A DNA stretch of 64,000 nucleotides from an uncultured Gammaproteobacteria bacterium (lineage in GTDB: Bacteria; Pseudomonadota; Gammaproteobacteria; Pseudomonadales; JAHEGP01), in NCBI GenBank assembly GCA_963792875.1, contig CAWBXV010000001.1:116661-180660 (forward strand), given 5' to 3'. This document shows, one piece after another, positions 19,672 through 30,582 of the stretch. The stretch's first letter is position 1, and every line of letters begins with the position of its first letter. Below the pieces are notes generated by a model, which saw only the letters and a list, made by a program, of their open reading frames with translations, did no database searches and had not been told where the DNA came from. The translations under genes were made by a program, and so were the position numbers.

Positions 19672-21858
19672 ATGCCTCACGCTATCGAGAACCGTGCCGG
19701 CACGCCGCCGGCAGATGCCGCTGCCGCGCCGCGCCGCCACCCGGATACCGGGCTTTCCTGCCTCGCACTGATCGCCCGCTACCACCGGGTCGCGGCGGAC
19801 TGCGAGCAATTGCACCACCAGTTCGGCACGCCACCTGCGCCGCTGGGGCCGACGGCGCTGCTGCGGGCAGCCCGCCACCTGCAGCTCAAGGCGCGCAGGA
19901 TCGCGCTGACCTGCGCGGACGAGCTGGCCGGACTGCCGCTGCCGGCAATCGCCCTGCAGCGAGACGGCCGCTGCGTGGTGATCGCCGGGCTGGCCAACGG
20001 CAAGGTGCTGGTGCACGACCCGCTGGAGCGCAGACCGCTGAGTCTGCCGCTGGCGCTGTTTCAGGAGTCCTGGAGCGGCGACCTGATACTGCTGGCCAGG
20101 CGCCGCCGGCTCGGCGCCCTCGACGGCCGGTTTGACATCAGCTGGTTCGTCCCTGCGCTGGCGCGCTATCGCCGGCAGTTCGGCGAGGTTCTGCTGGCGT
20201 CCTTCATGCTGCAGCTGCTGGCGCTGCTGACGCCCCTGTTCTTCCAGGTCGTGGTCGACAAGGTGCTGGTCCACGAGAGCCTCACGACGCTCAACGTGCT
20301 CGCGCTGGGGCTGCTGGTGGCGGCCGCGTTCGAGGTGCTGATGGGCGGCCTGCGCAGCTGGCTGTTCGCCCACACCACCAACCGCGTCGACGTCGCGCTG
20401 GGAGCGCGGCTGTTCAATCACCTGCTGGCGCTGCCCGCCAGCTACTTCCAGGCGCGCCGAGTCGGGGACACTATCGCCCGCGTGCGGGAGCTGGAGGGCA
20501 TCCGCCAGTTCATCACGGGGTCGGCCCTCACCCTCATCATCGACCTGTGCTTTGCGATGGCCTTTCTGGTGGTCATGTTCGCCTACAGCCCCCGGCTCAC
20601 GGCGATCGTCGCCGCGTCTATCCCCTGCTACGTGGCCATGTCCCTGACCCTGACGCCGCTGCTGCGCCGCCGGCTGCAGGAAAAATTCCAGCGCGGCGCC
20701 GAAAACCAGGCCTTTCTGGTGGAGGCGGTCAGCGGCATCGAGACGCTCAAGGCGATGGCCGTGGAACCGCACATCCAGCGGCGCTGGGAGGATCAACTCG
20801 CCGGCTACGTGAGCGCCGCCTTTGCCGCCACCAGCCTGGGCAACATCGCCAGTCAGCTCGCCGCCCTGGTCAACAAGGTGGTGACGGTGCTGATTCTGTG
20901 GGTCGGCGCCACGCTGGTCATGGCCGGCGACCTGTCGGTCGGGCAGCTCATCGCCTTCAATATGCTGGCCGGGCGCATCAGCGCCCCGATTCTGCGCCTG
21001 GTGCAGCTGTGGCAGGATTTCCAGCAGGCGGGTATCTCCGTGGCGCGGCTGGGCGACATACTCAACAGCCCGACCGAGCCGGGCCACGACCCCAACCGCA
21101 CCACCCTGCCCCCGCTGAAGGGACACATCCGCCTGGAGCGCGTCAGTTTCGGCTACCACCCCGATCGGCCCGACGCCCTCGATGGCGTCGAGCTGGACGT
21201 CCCGGCCGGTCAGGTGCTGGGGCTGGTGGGCCGCTCCGGTTCCGGCAAGAGCACCCTGGCCGGCCTGGTGCTGCGCCTGCAGACGCCGCAGCGCGGCCGG
21301 CTGCTGATCGACGGAGTGGATACCTCTCTGGTGCCGGCTGCCTGGCTGCGGCGACAGATCGGCGTGGTCCAGCAGGAGAGTTTTCTGTTCAACCGCAGCG
21401 TGCGCGACAACATCGCGCTGGGCGAACCGGGTGCCGACATGGCCGCCGTCATCGCGGCGGCAAAGCTGGCCGATGCCCACGATTTCATCCTGGAACTGCC
21501 GCAGGGCTACGATACGCCGGTGGGCGAGCGCGGCGCCGTGCTGTCCGGCGGCCAGCGTCAGCGCGTGGCGATCGCGCGGGCGCTGCTCACCGATCCGCGC
21601 ATTCTCATCTTCGACGAGGCCACCAGCGCCCTGGACTATGAGTCGGAGCAGCGCATTCAGCAGAACATGGGGCTCATCTGCCGCGACCGCACGGTGCTGA
21701 TTATCGCCCACCGCCTCTCCACCGTGCGGCAGGCCGATCGCATCGCCGTGCTCGACAACGGCCGCATCATCGAGTCGGGCACGCATCAGCAGCTGATTCA
21801 TGGCGGCGGGCTGTACGCGCGCCTGCACTCGCACCAGATCGGTCAGCACGTCGCCTGA
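19672..21858 (+). CDS. type I secretion system permease/ATPase (HlyB family) with N-terminal degenerate C39-like domain
   Basis: 728 aa. N-terminal DTGLSCLALIARYH...DGRCVVIAGL aligns to the HlyB C39-like domain (DYGLYALEILAQYH...DGRHFILTKV). Six-TM ABC exporter core, Walker A GRSGSGKST, signature LSGGQRQRVAIARAL, Walker B ILIFDEATSALD. Confidence 0.9.
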   Translation: MPHAIENRAGTPPADAAAAPRRHPDTGLSCLALIARYHRVAADCEQLHHQFGTPPAPLGPTALLRAARHLQLKARRIALTCADELAGLPLPAIALQRDGRCVVIAGLANGKVLVHDPLERRPLSLPLALFQESWSGDLILLARRRRLGALDGRFDISWFVPALARYRRQFGEVLLASFMLQLLALLTPLFFQVVVDKVLVHESLTTLNVLALGLLVAAAFEVLMGGLRSWLFAHTTNRVDVALGARLFNHLLALPASYFQARRVGDTIARVRELEGIRQFITGSALTLIIDLCFAMAFLVVMFAYSPRLTAIVAASIPCYVAMSLTLTPLLRRRLQEKFQRGAENQAFLVEAVSGIETLKAMAVEPHIQRRWEDQLAGYVSAAFAATSLGNIASQLAALVNKVVTVLILWVGATLVMAGDLSVGQLIAFNMLAGRISAPILRLVQLWQDFQQAGISVARLGDILNSPTEPGHDPNRTTLPPLKGHIRLERVSFGYHPDRPDALDGVELDVPAGQVLGLVGRSGSGKSTLAGLVLRLQTPQRGRLLIDGVDTSLVPAAWLRRQIGVVQQESFLFNRSVRDNIALGEPGADMAAVIAAAKLADAHDFILELPQGYDTPVGERGAVLSGGQRQRVAIARALLTDPRILIFDEATSALDYESEQRIQQNMGLICRDRTVLIIAHRLSTVRQADRIAVLDNGRIIESGTHQQLIHGGGLYARLHSHQIGQHVA

Positions 21859-21874
21859 GCCCCGGAGGAACCCC

Positions 21875-23257
21875 GTGACCCGCAGCAAGCCAGCACGCCG
21901 GCCCCCTATCCCGACCTACCCTGAATTTCTGCCGGCGGCCCTGGCGCTGGAACAGACGCCACCGTCGCGCAGCGGACGCCTGATCATCTGGTCCATCGCG
22001 CTGTTCGGCGCGCTCGCGCTGGCGTGGGCCTGCGTGGGCCGACTGGATATCGTTGCGGTCGCGCAGGGCAAGATCGTCCCCCGCGGCCAGTCGAAGATCA
22101 TCCAGCCTTTCGACCGCGGCACCGTGGCGGCGATCCACGTGCGGGAGGGGCAGCAGGTCAGCGCCGGCGACATCCTCGTCAGCCTCGACGCGACCAGCCA
22201 CGAGGCGGACCAACGCCGCGCCGCCGAGCAGCTGCGCAGCGCACGGCAGAGCTGGCTGGAAGAGCTGGCATTCAAGCGCTTCCTGGAGGCGCCGGACGGC
22301 GCCGTCCGCGTCACCGAGTGGGTCGCCGACGCCGCGGCCACGGTCGCCGCAGCGCTCGACCCCGACGCGGCCGCGCGGCACCAGCAATCCCTCGGCGCCC
22401 GCATTGCCGAATACCGCGCGCGGTTGCAGGCACTGCGCAACGAGCTGGCCACCCGCCGCGCACAGCAGGCGCAGGCCGAGGCCATGGCGCGCAAGTACCG
22501 CCTGCTGCAGCCCATCGTGCAGGAACGCCAGGCATCGATCGCCACGCTGTACGAGCGCCGCCTGGCCGCGCGCGATCAGTACCTGCAGGTCGAACAGCAG
22601 CGCATCGAGCTGGGACAGAATCTGGCAGCCGAAGCGGCCCGGGTCAGGGAACTCGGCGGCGAGGTCGAGCGGGCGCAGGCGCTGCTCGAGGCCACGCGCC
22701 AGCAGGCGCGGCACGACAACCTGACCCGGCTGAGCCAGGCCGAGGGCGACAGCCGCGCCGCTGAGCAGCAACTGCGCAAGGCGCGCCTGAGCGAGCGCCA
22801 GCAGACGCTGCTCGCGCCCATCGACGGCACCGTGGCGGGCCTGGCGGTGCACACCGTCGGCGGTATCGTCACACCGGCCCAGACCCTGATGACCATCGTC
22901 CCCCGCCACGAACCGCTGCTCATCGAGGCCTACCTGCCCAACCGGGATGTCGGCTTCGTCTGGAGCGGCCAGCACGCTGCGATCAAGGTGGACGCCTTCA
23001 ATTTCACGCGCTACGGCACCCTGCCGGGCATCCTGGAGTCGGTGTCGGAGGACTCGATACAGGATGCCGCCGGCGCGCTGGTCTACCCGCTGCGGGTCAG
23101 GCCGCTGAGCGAGCGGCTGCGCGTCGATGGGCGCTGGGTCAAGCTGAGCGCAGGCATGGCGGTCACCGTCGAGATCAGAACCGGAAGCCGGCGCGTCATC
23201 GACTACTTTCTGTCACCCCTGGCGAGGATGCGCAGCGACAGCCTGCACGAGCGCTAG
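21875..23257 (+). CDS. HlyD-family type I secretion periplasmic adaptor
   Basis: GTG 21875 with GGAGG 6 nt upstream, 17 nt after the hlyB-like stop. PEFLPAALALEQTPPS, a single TM, a long coiled-coil and a C-terminal beta-barrel ending IDYFLSPL. Confidence 0.88.
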   Translation: MTRSKPARRPPIPTYPEFLPAALALEQTPPSRSGRLIIWSIALFGALALAWACVGRLDIVAVAQGKIVPRGQSKIIQPFDRGTVAAIHVREGQQVSAGDILVSLDATSHEADQRRAAEQLRSARQSWLEELAFKRFLEAPDGAVRVTEWVADAAATVAAALDPDAAARHQQSLGARIAEYRARLQALRNELATRRAQQAQAEAMARKYRLLQPIVQERQASIATLYERRLAARDQYLQVEQQRIELGQNLAAEAARVRELGGEVERAQALLEATRQQARHDNLTRLSQAEGDSRAAEQQLRKARLSERQQTLLAPIDGTVAGLAVHTVGGIVTPAQTLMTIVPRHEPLLIEAYLPNRDVGFVWSGQHAAIKVDAFNFTRYGTLPGILESVSEDSIQDAAGALVYPLRVRPLSERLRVDGRWVKLSAGMAVTVEIRTGSRRVIDYFLSPLARMRSDSLHER

Positions 23258-23267
23258 CGCTGCCGCG

Positions 23268-26200
23268 TCAGCCCGCCCCGCCCTCGCGCTCGGCGAGAAA
23301 GGCTGCGGCCCGCTCCCTGGCGCGCCCGAAGTCGATCTTGCCGCTGCCAAGCTTGGGCACGTCGCTCACCGGCACGACGACCGACGGGATCCACAGCGGG
23401 TTCATGCGGCTGTGGCGCAGCACGGCGAGCAGCTCATCGGGATCGCGCTGCGAACCGCACAACAGCACGATGCGCTCCCCCTTTCTGGCATCCGGGACAC
23501 TCACGGCGGCGACATCCAGGGTCGGCTCAGCCAGCGCACGGCGCACCGCGTGCTCGACATTGCCAAGACTCACACTCTCGCCGGCGATCACGGCGAAGCG
23601 GGAATAGCGGTCGACGATATGGAGGAAGCCGTCCTCGTCCATGAAGCCCTTGTCGCCCGTGACATACCAGCGCACGCCACCCGCCTGCTGGATGACCTGC
23701 GCCGTGCCGTCGTGGTCCTTGAGGTAGCCCACCATCACCTGGGGACCACCGATCATTATGCGCCCGGCCTCCCCCACGGCTCGCTCCTGGCCGCTGTCGG
23801 GGTCGACCACCCTGAAGCTGGTTCCCGGCAGCGGCATGCCCACGCTGCCGGCCTTGTTGCCCTGCTGCACCGACCAGTAGTCGGTGTCGAGCTGGTCGGG
23901 CAGGTTGACGCTGGCGACCGGGGCGGTCTCGGTGGTGCCGTAGCCCTCCATGACATCCTTGTGGAACTTGAGCTTGAAGGCATCCCGCACGTCGGCACTG
24001 AGCTTTTCGGCGCCGGCGATGACCACCCGCAGCGGATCCAGCATCAGCGGGTGGACTTTGGGGTGTTTGATGTAGAGGCGCAGGAAGGTGGAGGTCGCGC
24101 ACAGCACGGTCGCATGGTAGCGCGCCACCGCCTTGGCCACACCGAGCGCATCGGTCGGGTCGGGGTGACAGATGACCGGCAGGCCCTCCACCAGCGGCAG
24201 AAACTGGCCGACCGTCAGCCCGAAGGCGTGGAACAACGGCAGCTGCGCCATCAGCACATCGTGCTCTTCCATATTGAGCACATCGGAGGCCTGCTTGATG
24301 TTGGCCATGATATTGCGGTGGCTCAGCATCACGCCCCGGGGCCGCCCCTCGCTGCCGCTGGTGAACAGGATGGCGGCGATCTCCGAACCCTCCGTTCGGC
24401 GGCAGCACAGCGGCTCGAGCACCATGGCAGGCAGCAGCTTCACGGCCACCAGCGCCGCGCGCCGCTCGGCTCGACCGATGCCGGCGCTGATGTCCTCGAG
24501 GTAGTGCACCTCGACCCGCTGCAGCAGCGCCTGCAGATCGACACCCCGCTCGCCCAGGCGCTTGATCACCTCGCGCGAGGTGAACACGCGGTCGAGCTCG
24601 GCCAGCATGACCGCGGCGCACAACGATTCGCCATCGGCCGTGAAATTCAGGTTGACCACCGTCTTGCCCGCCATCAGGGCGGCCATATTGGCCAGCATGC
24701 CATGCATGCTGGTGGGGAACAGCAGCCCGACGTTCTGCCGCGGATTCAGGCGCCGCAGGCGCCGCGACAGCACCATGCCGCCCGCCAGGGCGCGGCTGCC
24801 CGACAGGGATCTGCCGAACGCGTCGCGGATGGCCATGTCGCTGCCGAGCTTGCGCGACGCGCGGATCCACGCCTGGGGGATGCCCGGCAGCGACTTGGAG
24901 AACTCGGACCAGGCCTCGATCGACAGATCGAAGACCCGGTGCTTGAGCATCTCCGCATCGGTGGAAATCGGCAGCGGCGTCCCGAACGCCACGATGATAT
25001 CGCGGCTGGTGCCGGCGTTGCGGGCACTCCTGAGTTTGGCGCTGGCGCGGGAAAACTGGCTGCCCCACATGCCGCCGATATAGAACGGCACGATCACGCA
25101 GTCCTTCCGGGTCATCGCGGCGGCCCGCTCGAAGCCCTTGCGGAAGGTGGCCAGGTGGCCGGTGCGGCTGATGGTGCCCTCGGGAAACAGGCACACGACC
25201 TCGCCTTCATCGAGCAGCTTCGCCACGGTCTCCAGCGCCTGCTGGGCCGACGCACCCCGGCCGATGGGGACCACCTTGCCTATGCGGAAGAACCAGTTCA
25301 GGTACCACAGCTGGTAGATGTTCTTGGCCATGACGAAGCGAATGGGGCGCGGCGAGGCGATCTGCACCAGCCCCCAGTCCAGCCAGCTGATGTGGTTGCC
25401 CAGCAGCAGCACCCCGTTGGTCTCGGTCAGGTTGCGCATGCCCTGCACCCGGACCTTGTAGCGGCGCGAGATGAGATAGACCAGCAGGAAGCGCACCAGC
25501 GAGTAGGGCAGCGTATAGACCGTGTACAGGCTGCCGAAGAACGCCACCACGATCAGCAGGCTGAGGATGAGCACGGCGCTGGCCCCGGTCGACGACAGCG
25601 CGACGGTCATCACCAGAAAGCTGAGCATGCCGATGTTCTGGATCAGGTTGTTGGCGGCCAGCACCTGGCCCATCTCGCGATCGCCGGCGTGGAACTGTAT
25701 CAGCGCGTTGAGGGGCACGATAAAAAAGCCGCCCATGGTGCCGATAAACAGAAAATTGAGCACATGGGCCCCCTGCGAGCCCAGCTGCGGAATCATGCAC
25801 AGACCCAGCGTGATGCCGGCGGCGCCGATGGGAATCAGGCCGGTCTCGATGTGGTGCCGCGACCAGCGCCCGGCCACGAGGGAGCCGAGCATGATGCCGA
25901 TGCCGCTGGCCGCCAGCGTGCCCTGGATCATCACCGTGTTGGTCTCGCCCAGCGTCTCCTTGGCAAAGGCGGGAAAGGTCGCCAGCATCACCTGGCTGAT
26001 GGACCAGAACATGGTCAGGCCGATGATGGAGCGCATGATGACCGGCCGCGACACGGCCGGGCGCAGGCTGCCCTTGAAGCTCGACCCGGTCAGATAGCCC
26101 GTCCAGTCGAAATGGCGGTCCGTGGCCCGCTGCTCCAGCTGCGGTATGCGGTAGGCAAAAAACAGCTGCAACAGGCTGTTCGCCACCAGCACCCAGCCCA

Positions 26201-26750
26201 GCGGCGCGATCGCGCCGAGTATCGCCGCCTCGTCGTGCTGCACCAGCGGGTCATAGCGCGCCTCGAACAGGATCGAGTAGGCGAAGGTGCCCAGCAGAAT
26301 GGCGATGATGGTGGTGGCCTGCACGGCGCCGTTGCCCTCGCCGAGCCGCTCCTTGCCGACCAGCAACTTGATAAAGCCGTACTTGGCCGGCGAGTAGAAC
26401 GCCGACTGCACCGCCAGCAGGAAGGTCATGGCGAAGGCGGCAATGAACCAGCCCTGGTAATAGCAGGCCGTCACCCCCAGCGTCAGGCCGACGGCGGCCC
26501 ACGCGGCGGCCTTCATGACCTGGTTCTTGGGATACTTGTCCGAGATGAAACCCGACGGCAGAAACAGCAGGATGAACGGCAGCAGAATGAGCGCGTTGAC
26601 GACGGCGGTCAGCATGATCTGGGTGGTGCCGTCGTAGACCTTGAAGACCGTGTTCTGAACGACGATCTTGTGGCCCAGATCGATGAAGGCGTTGAGAAAC
26701 ACCACCGTGATGTACGCAAAAAAGCCGTGGATACCCAGCACGTTTCTCAT
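23268..26750 (-). CDS. aas: MFS lysophospholipid transporter / acyltransferase / acyl-ACP synthetase fusion (acyl-[ACP]--phospholipid O-acyltransferase, LplT-Aas type)
   Basis: 1160 aa. The N-terminal ~400 aa are a 12-TM MFS domain, followed by a PlsC-type acyltransferase motif NHISWLD (H-x4-D) and a C-terminal AMP-binding adenylation domain (TSGSEGRPRGVMLSH...YGTTET). Confidence 0.85.
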   Translation of the reverse strand: MRNVLGIHGFFAYITVVFLNAFIDLGHKIVVQNTVFKVYDGTTQIMLTAVVNALILLPFILLFLPSGFISDKYPKNQVMKAAAWAAVGLTLGVTACYYQGWFIAAFAMTFLLAVQSAFYSPAKYGFIKLLVGKERLGEGNGAVQATTIIAILLGTFAYSILFEARYDPLVQHDEAAILGAIAPLGWVLVANSLLQLFFAYRIPQLEQRATDRHFDWTGYLTGSSFKGSLRPAVSRPVIMRSIIGLTMFWSISQVMLATFPAFAKETLGETNTVMIQGTLAASGIGIMLGSLVAGRWSRHHIETGLIPIGAAGITLGLCMIPQLGSQGAHVLNFLFIGTMGGFFIVPLNALIQFHAGDREMGQVLAANNLIQNIGMLSFLVMTVALSSTGASAVLILSLLIVVAFFGSLYTVYTLPYSLVRFLLVYLISRRYKVRVQGMRNLTETNGVLLLGNHISWLDWGLVQIASPRPIRFVMAKNIYQLWYLNWFFRIGKVVPIGRGASAQQALETVAKLLDEGEVVCLFPEGTISRTGHLATFRKGFERAAAMTRKDCVIVPFYIGGMWGSQFSRASAKLRSARNAGTSRDIIVAFGTPLPISTDAEMLKHRVFDLSIEAWSEFSKSLPGIPQAWIRASRKLGSDMAIRDAFGRSLSGSRALAGGMVLSRRLRRLNPRQNVGLLFPTSMHGMLANMAALMAGKTVVNLNFTADGESLCAAVMLAELDRVFTSREVIKRLGERGVDLQALLQRVEVHYLEDISAGIGRAERRAALVAVKLLPAMVLEPLCCRRTEGSEIAAILFTSGSEGRPRGVMLSHRNIMANIKQASDVLNMEEHDVLMAQLPLFHAFGLTVGQFLPLVEGLPVICHPDPTDALGVAKAVARYHATVLCATSTFLRLYIKHPKVHPLMLDPLRVVIAGAEKLSADVRDAFKLKFHKDVMEGYGTTETAPVASVNLPDQLDTDYWSVQQGNKAGSVGMPLPGTSFRVVDPDSGQERAVGEAGRIMIGGPQVMVGYLKDHDGTAQVIQQAGGVRWYVTGDKGFMDEDGFLHIVDRYSRFAVIAGESVSLGNVEHAVRRALAEPTLDVAAVSVPDARKGERIVLLCGSQRDPDELLAVLRHSRMNPLWIPSVVVPVSDVPKLGSGKIDFGRARERAAAFLAEREGGAG

Positions 26751-26835
26751 CGCAGGTCCCTCATCGCATTCTTATTGAAGTTATAGTGACGGCATCACCC
26801 GCTGCAGCGCAAGCACCTCGCGCACGTGTGTCAGT

Positions 26836-28239
26836 CTAGCTCCTTTTCCAGACAGTGCCCTCGCGGGTATCTTCGAGGGCGACGCCCTGCTCGCCGAGCT
26901 CTACCCTGATGGCGTCGGCGCGGGCGAAATCCCGGCTCCGGCGCGCCTGCAGGCGTTCCTCGATCAGCGCCTCGATGGCGGCGTCGGCCAGCGCGCCGGC
27001 GGCGCCGGCTTGCAGAAAGGCCTCGGGCTCGGCCTGCAGCAGCCCCAGCAGGCCGCCGAGGCTCTTCAGCGTGCCCGCCATGTGCAGCAGCGCGTCCCGC
27101 TGCGAGGCGGCGCGCGCGACGTTCATGGCGGTGACCAGCTCGAACAGCACCGCCAGCGCCACCGGCGTGTTGAAATCGTCCTCCATGGCCGCGCGAAAGC
27201 GCAGCACGTAAGGGTCGGTCGGATCCAGCTCCAGCAGGGCGCGCGCCGACACCTCCGGCAGACCGCGCAGGGCCGTGTAGAAGCGGTTCAGCGCAGCGCG
27301 GGCATTGTCGAGGTTCTCCCTCGAATAATTGATCGCGCTGCGGTAGTGGCTGTTGACCAGCACATAGCGCACGGTTTCGGGGTGATAGTCGCCCAGGATG
27401 TCTCTGATGGTGAAAAAGTTGCCCAGCGACTTGGACATCTTTTCGCCATCGACGCGCACGGCGCCGGCGTGCATCCACACGTTGACGAACTGACAGCCGT
27501 TGGCGGCCTCGGACTGGGCGATCTCGTTCTCGTGGTGCGGAAAGGGCAGATCGGGCCCGCCGCCGTGGATGTCGAAATGCGCGCCCAGGCATTGCCGCGA
27601 CATCGCGGAGCATTCGATATGCCACCCTGGCCGCCCCGGCCCCCACGGCGACGGCCAGCTGACGTCGCCCTGCCCCGCGGCCTTCCACAGGGCGAAATCC
27701 CTCGGGTCGCGCTTGCGCTCGCCCACCTCGACGCGAGCGCCGGCCAGCAGCTCGTCGGGCTTCTTGCCGGACAATCTGCCGTACTCGGGGAAGCGGCTGA
27801 CCGCGTAATAGACATCGCCGTGGTCGGTCCGATAGGCGTAGCCCCGCTCCACCAGCGTGGCAATCATGGCGATGATGTCGCCCATGTGCTCGGTGGCCCG
27901 GGGCTCCTGGTCCGGCGGCAATACCCCCAGGCGCGCCTCGTCCTCGTGCATGCAGTCGATGAAGCGCGCCGTCAGCGCGGTGAACGGCTCGCCGTTGGCG
28001 GCCGCACGCTGCAGGATCTTGTCATCGATATCGGTGATGTTCCTGACGTACTCCACCGCGTAACCGACGGCGCGCAGGTAGCGGGTGATCACGTCGAAGG
28101 CCACCAGCACCCTGGCGTGCCCCAGGTGGCAGTAGTCGTAGACCGTCATGCCGCACACGTACATGCGGATGCGGTTGGGCTCGATGGGCGTGAAGCGCTC
28201 CTTGCGCCGGGTCAGGGTGTTATAGATGAACAGGGGCAT
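26836..28239 (-). CDS. cysS: cysteine--tRNA ligase
   Basis: [16 protein letters not shown]...[18 protein letters not shown] (HIGH-type) and KMSKSLGNF. Start at ATG 28239 by alignment to the E. coli CysS N-terminus. Confidence 0.95.
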   Translation of the reverse strand: MPLFIYNTLTRRKERFTPIEPNRIRMYVCGMTVYDYCHLGHARVLVAFDVITRYLRAVGYAVEYVRNITDIDDKILQRAAANGEPFTALTARFIDCMHEDEARLGVLPPDQEPRATEHMGDIIAMIATLVERGYAYRTDHGDVYYAVSRFPEYGRLSGKKPDELLAGARVEVGERKRDPRDFALWKAAGQGDVSWPSPWGPGRPGWHIECSAMSRQCLGAHFDIHGGGPDLPFPHHENEIAQSEAANGCQFVNVWMHAGAVRVDGEKMSKSLGNFFTIRDILGDYHPETVRYVLVNSHYRSAINYSRENLDNARAALNRFYTALRGLPEVSARALLELDPTDPYVLRFRAAMEDDFNTPVALAVLFELVTAMNVARAASQRDALLHMAGTLKSLGGLLGLLQAEPEAFLQAGAAGALADAAIEALIEERLQARRSRDFARADAIRVELGEQGVALEDTREGTVWKRS

Positions 28240-28265
28240 GGGGCTTCCACTTGGCGCAGCGACGC

Positions 28266-29939
28266 TCACTGCGCGGACCAGGTTTCCTTGAGGCCGATGG
28301 TGCGGTTGAACACCGGGCGCTCGCTGCTGTGCAGGTGGCGGTCGGCCACAAAATAGCCCTCCCGCTCAAACTGGAACACCTGCTCGGGCTCGGCCGCGGC
28401 CAGCGCCGGCTCGACCCAGCAGCCCTCCAGCACCCGCAGCGAGTCGGGATTGATGTGCATCATGAAATCGGCGACACCGCTGCCCGGGCTCTCGTGCACG
28501 AACAGGCGATCGTAGAGGTTGACGGTAGCCTGCCGGCCCTCGCTGGCCGAGACCCAGTGGATCACGCCGCGGGGGCGCACCTCCGGGGGCGGCTCCTGGC
28601 CCACGGTGCCCTCGACCAGGCTGGCGCGCACCTCCAGCACCTCGCCCGAGGCATCCCTGACCACGCTGTCGGCGCGGATGACATAGGCGTGCCGCAGCCG
28701 CACCCACTCGCCCGGCACCAGGCGCTTGAACTTCTTGCGGGACAGGCTGCTGTCCTCGTTGAAGTCATCCCGATCGATATACAGCTCGCGCGTGAAAGGC
28801 ACCGTGCGCTCCCCCCACTCGGGGTGACTGGGGTGCACGGCACCGCTCAGGTGCTCGACCCGGTCGGCGGGAAAATTGTCGATCACGACCTTGAGGGGGT
28901 TGAGCACGCACATGCCGCGATGGGCGTGCTCGTTGAGATCGTTGCGGATGGCATACTCGAGCATGCCCACGTCGACCACGCCATCGGCGCGCGTCACCCC
29001 GATCATGTCGCAGAAGTGGCGGATGGCCGCGGGGGTGTAGCCGCGCCGGCGCATGCCCGCGATGGTCGGCATGCGCGGGTCGTCCCAGCCCGCCACCGCA
29101 CCCTCATCGACCAGTCGCTTGAGCTTGCGCTTGCTGGTGACCGAGTAGTTCAGGTTCAGGCGCGCGAACTCGTACTGGCGCGGCCGCGACGGCACCGGCA
29201 GGTTGTCGATCAGCCAGTCGTAGAGGGGGCGGTGGTCTTCAAACTCCAGGGTGCAGATAGAGTGCGTAATGCCCTCGATGGCGTCTTCCTGGCCGTGGGC
29301 GAAATCGTAGGTGGGGTAGATATGCCAGGCATCGCCGGTGCGGTGATGCGGTATGTTCTTGACGCGGTACAGCACCGGATCGCGGAGATTCAGATTGGGC
29401 GACGCCATGTCGATGCTGGCGCGCAGGGTGGCGCCGCCATCCGCCAGCTCGCCCCGGCGCATGCGCTCCAGCAGTTCCAGACTCTCCTCCGGGCTGCGGT
29501 CCCGATAGGGGCTGTTGCGACCCGGCTCGGTGAGCGTGCCGCGGTATTCGCGCATGGCGTCCGCGTCCAGCTCGCAGACGTAGGCCTTGCCCTGACGGAC
29601 CAGGTGCCGCGCCCACTCGAACAGCGTGGGGAAATAATCCGATGCGAAGCGCACCGGCCCCGCCCAGCTGAAGCCCAGCCAGCGCACGTCCTCCTCGATG
29701 GAGCGGACGAATTCGTCCTCCTCCTTCTCAGGATTGGTGTCGTCAAAACGCAGATGGCAGACGCCGCCGAATTGCTGCGCCAGACCGAAGTTGAGGCAGA
29801 TCGACTTGGCGTGGCCGATATGGAGATAGCCGTTGGGTTCCGGGGGAAATCGCGTGACCGGGGCCTCGACGGCGCCCCTGGCGATGTCATCGGCAATCAG
29901 CTGCTGCAGAAAATTCTGTGGTTTCTCGGGAGCGCTCAT
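28266..29939 (-). CDS. glnS: glutamine--tRNA ligase
   Basis: 557 aa. [30 protein letters not shown] and VTSKRKL class I signatures. Confidence 0.95.
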   Translation of the reverse strand: MSAPEKPQNFLQQLIADDIARGAVEAPVTRFPPEPNGYLHIGHAKSICLNFGLAQQFGGVCHLRFDDTNPEKEEDEFVRSIEEDVRWLGFSWAGPVRFASDYFPTLFEWARHLVRQGKAYVCELDADAMREYRGTLTEPGRNSPYRDRSPEESLELLERMRRGELADGGATLRASIDMASPNLNLRDPVLYRVKNIPHHRTGDAWHIYPTYDFAHGQEDAIEGITHSICTLEFEDHRPLYDWLIDNLPVPSRPRQYEFARLNLNYSVTSKRKLKRLVDEGAVAGWDDPRMPTIAGMRRRGYTPAAIRHFCDMIGVTRADGVVDVGMLEYAIRNDLNEHAHRGMCVLNPLKVVIDNFPADRVEHLSGAVHPSHPEWGERTVPFTRELYIDRDDFNEDSSLSRKKFKRLVPGEWVRLRHAYVIRADSVVRDASGEVLEVRASLVEGTVGQEPPPEVRPRGVIHWVSASEGRQATVNLYDRLFVHESPGSGVADFMMHINPDSLRVLEGCWVEPALAAAEPEQVFQFEREGYFVADRHLHSSERPVFNRTIGLKETWSAQ

Positions 29940-30072
29940 ACAGGGCAGACTTTCACACTCAAAGCCGGCGATTATAGCGGCAATCGGCCAACCTTAAAAA
30001 GCACCCCGCACTTTTCCTTTGGCGCCGGCAGCGCGTATCATAGTGCCACTCTTGCAACCATGGGGCACCGCA

Positions 30073-30582
30073 ATGATCACACTGCACACCAACCACGGCG
30101 ACATTGTCCTGGAACTCGACTTCGACAACGCGCCCGTGAGCGCCGCGAATTTTCTGCAATATGCGCGCGACGGTTTTTTCGACGGCACCATCTTCCACCG
30201 GGTCATCGATAACTTCATGATCCAGGGCGGCGGCTTCGATACCGGCATGAAACAGAAGCCCACCCGGGAGCCGATCGCGAACGAGGCGGACAACGGCCTG
30301 AAAAACGATGCCGGCACGGTCGCCATGGCGCGCACCATGGACCCGCACTCGGCCACCGCGCAGTTCTTCATCAACGTCAAGAACAACGACTTCCTCAATC
30401 ACAGCGGCAAGCACAGCCAGGGCTGGGGCTACGCGGTATTCGGCCGCGTCGTCGAGGGCATGGACACCGTCGACGCCATCAAGCGGGTGCGCACTGGCAA
30501 CAAGGCCGGCCACCAGGACGTGCCGCTGGAAGCCGTCATCATCGAGCGCACCAGCATCAGCGACGCCTACCTCGAGCAATGA
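30073..30582 (+). CDS. ppiB: peptidyl-prolyl cis-trans isomerase B (cyclophilin)
   Basis: [55 protein letters not shown], a cyclophilin. Start at ATG 30073. Confidence 0.93.
   Translation: MITLHTNHGDIVLELDFDNAPVSAANFLQYARDGFFDGTIFHRVIDNFMIQGGGFDTGMKQKPTREPIANEADNGLKNDAGTVAMARTMDPHSATAQFFINVKNNDFLNHSGKHSQGWGYAVFGRVVEGMDTVDAIKRVRTGNKAGHQDVPLEAVIIERTSISDAYLEQ

Noticed and set aside
19621-21888. 755-aa ORF on the minus strand
   Set aside because: Exactly antisense to the well-supported HlyB-like ABC exporter gene. The translation is Arg/Ala/Gly/Gln-rich with no motifs. A typical high-GC shadow ORF.
23412-26786. 1124-aa ORF on the plus strand
   Set aside because: Antisense to the MFS-acyltransferase-synthetase fusion gene. 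Low-complexity Arg/Gly/His/Gln composition with no recognisable domain.
28251-30212. 653-aa plus-strand ORF, and the similar long antisense ORFs at 3395..5431, 14629..16185, 37792..40023, 59226..61415 and 36338..38119
   Set aside because: Each lies opposite a gene with clear family signatures (glnS, kefC, S8 protease, DUF58/MoxR, TonB receptor, tgpA). They show Arg/Ala/Pro-rich composition expected from stop-poor GC-rich antisense frames.
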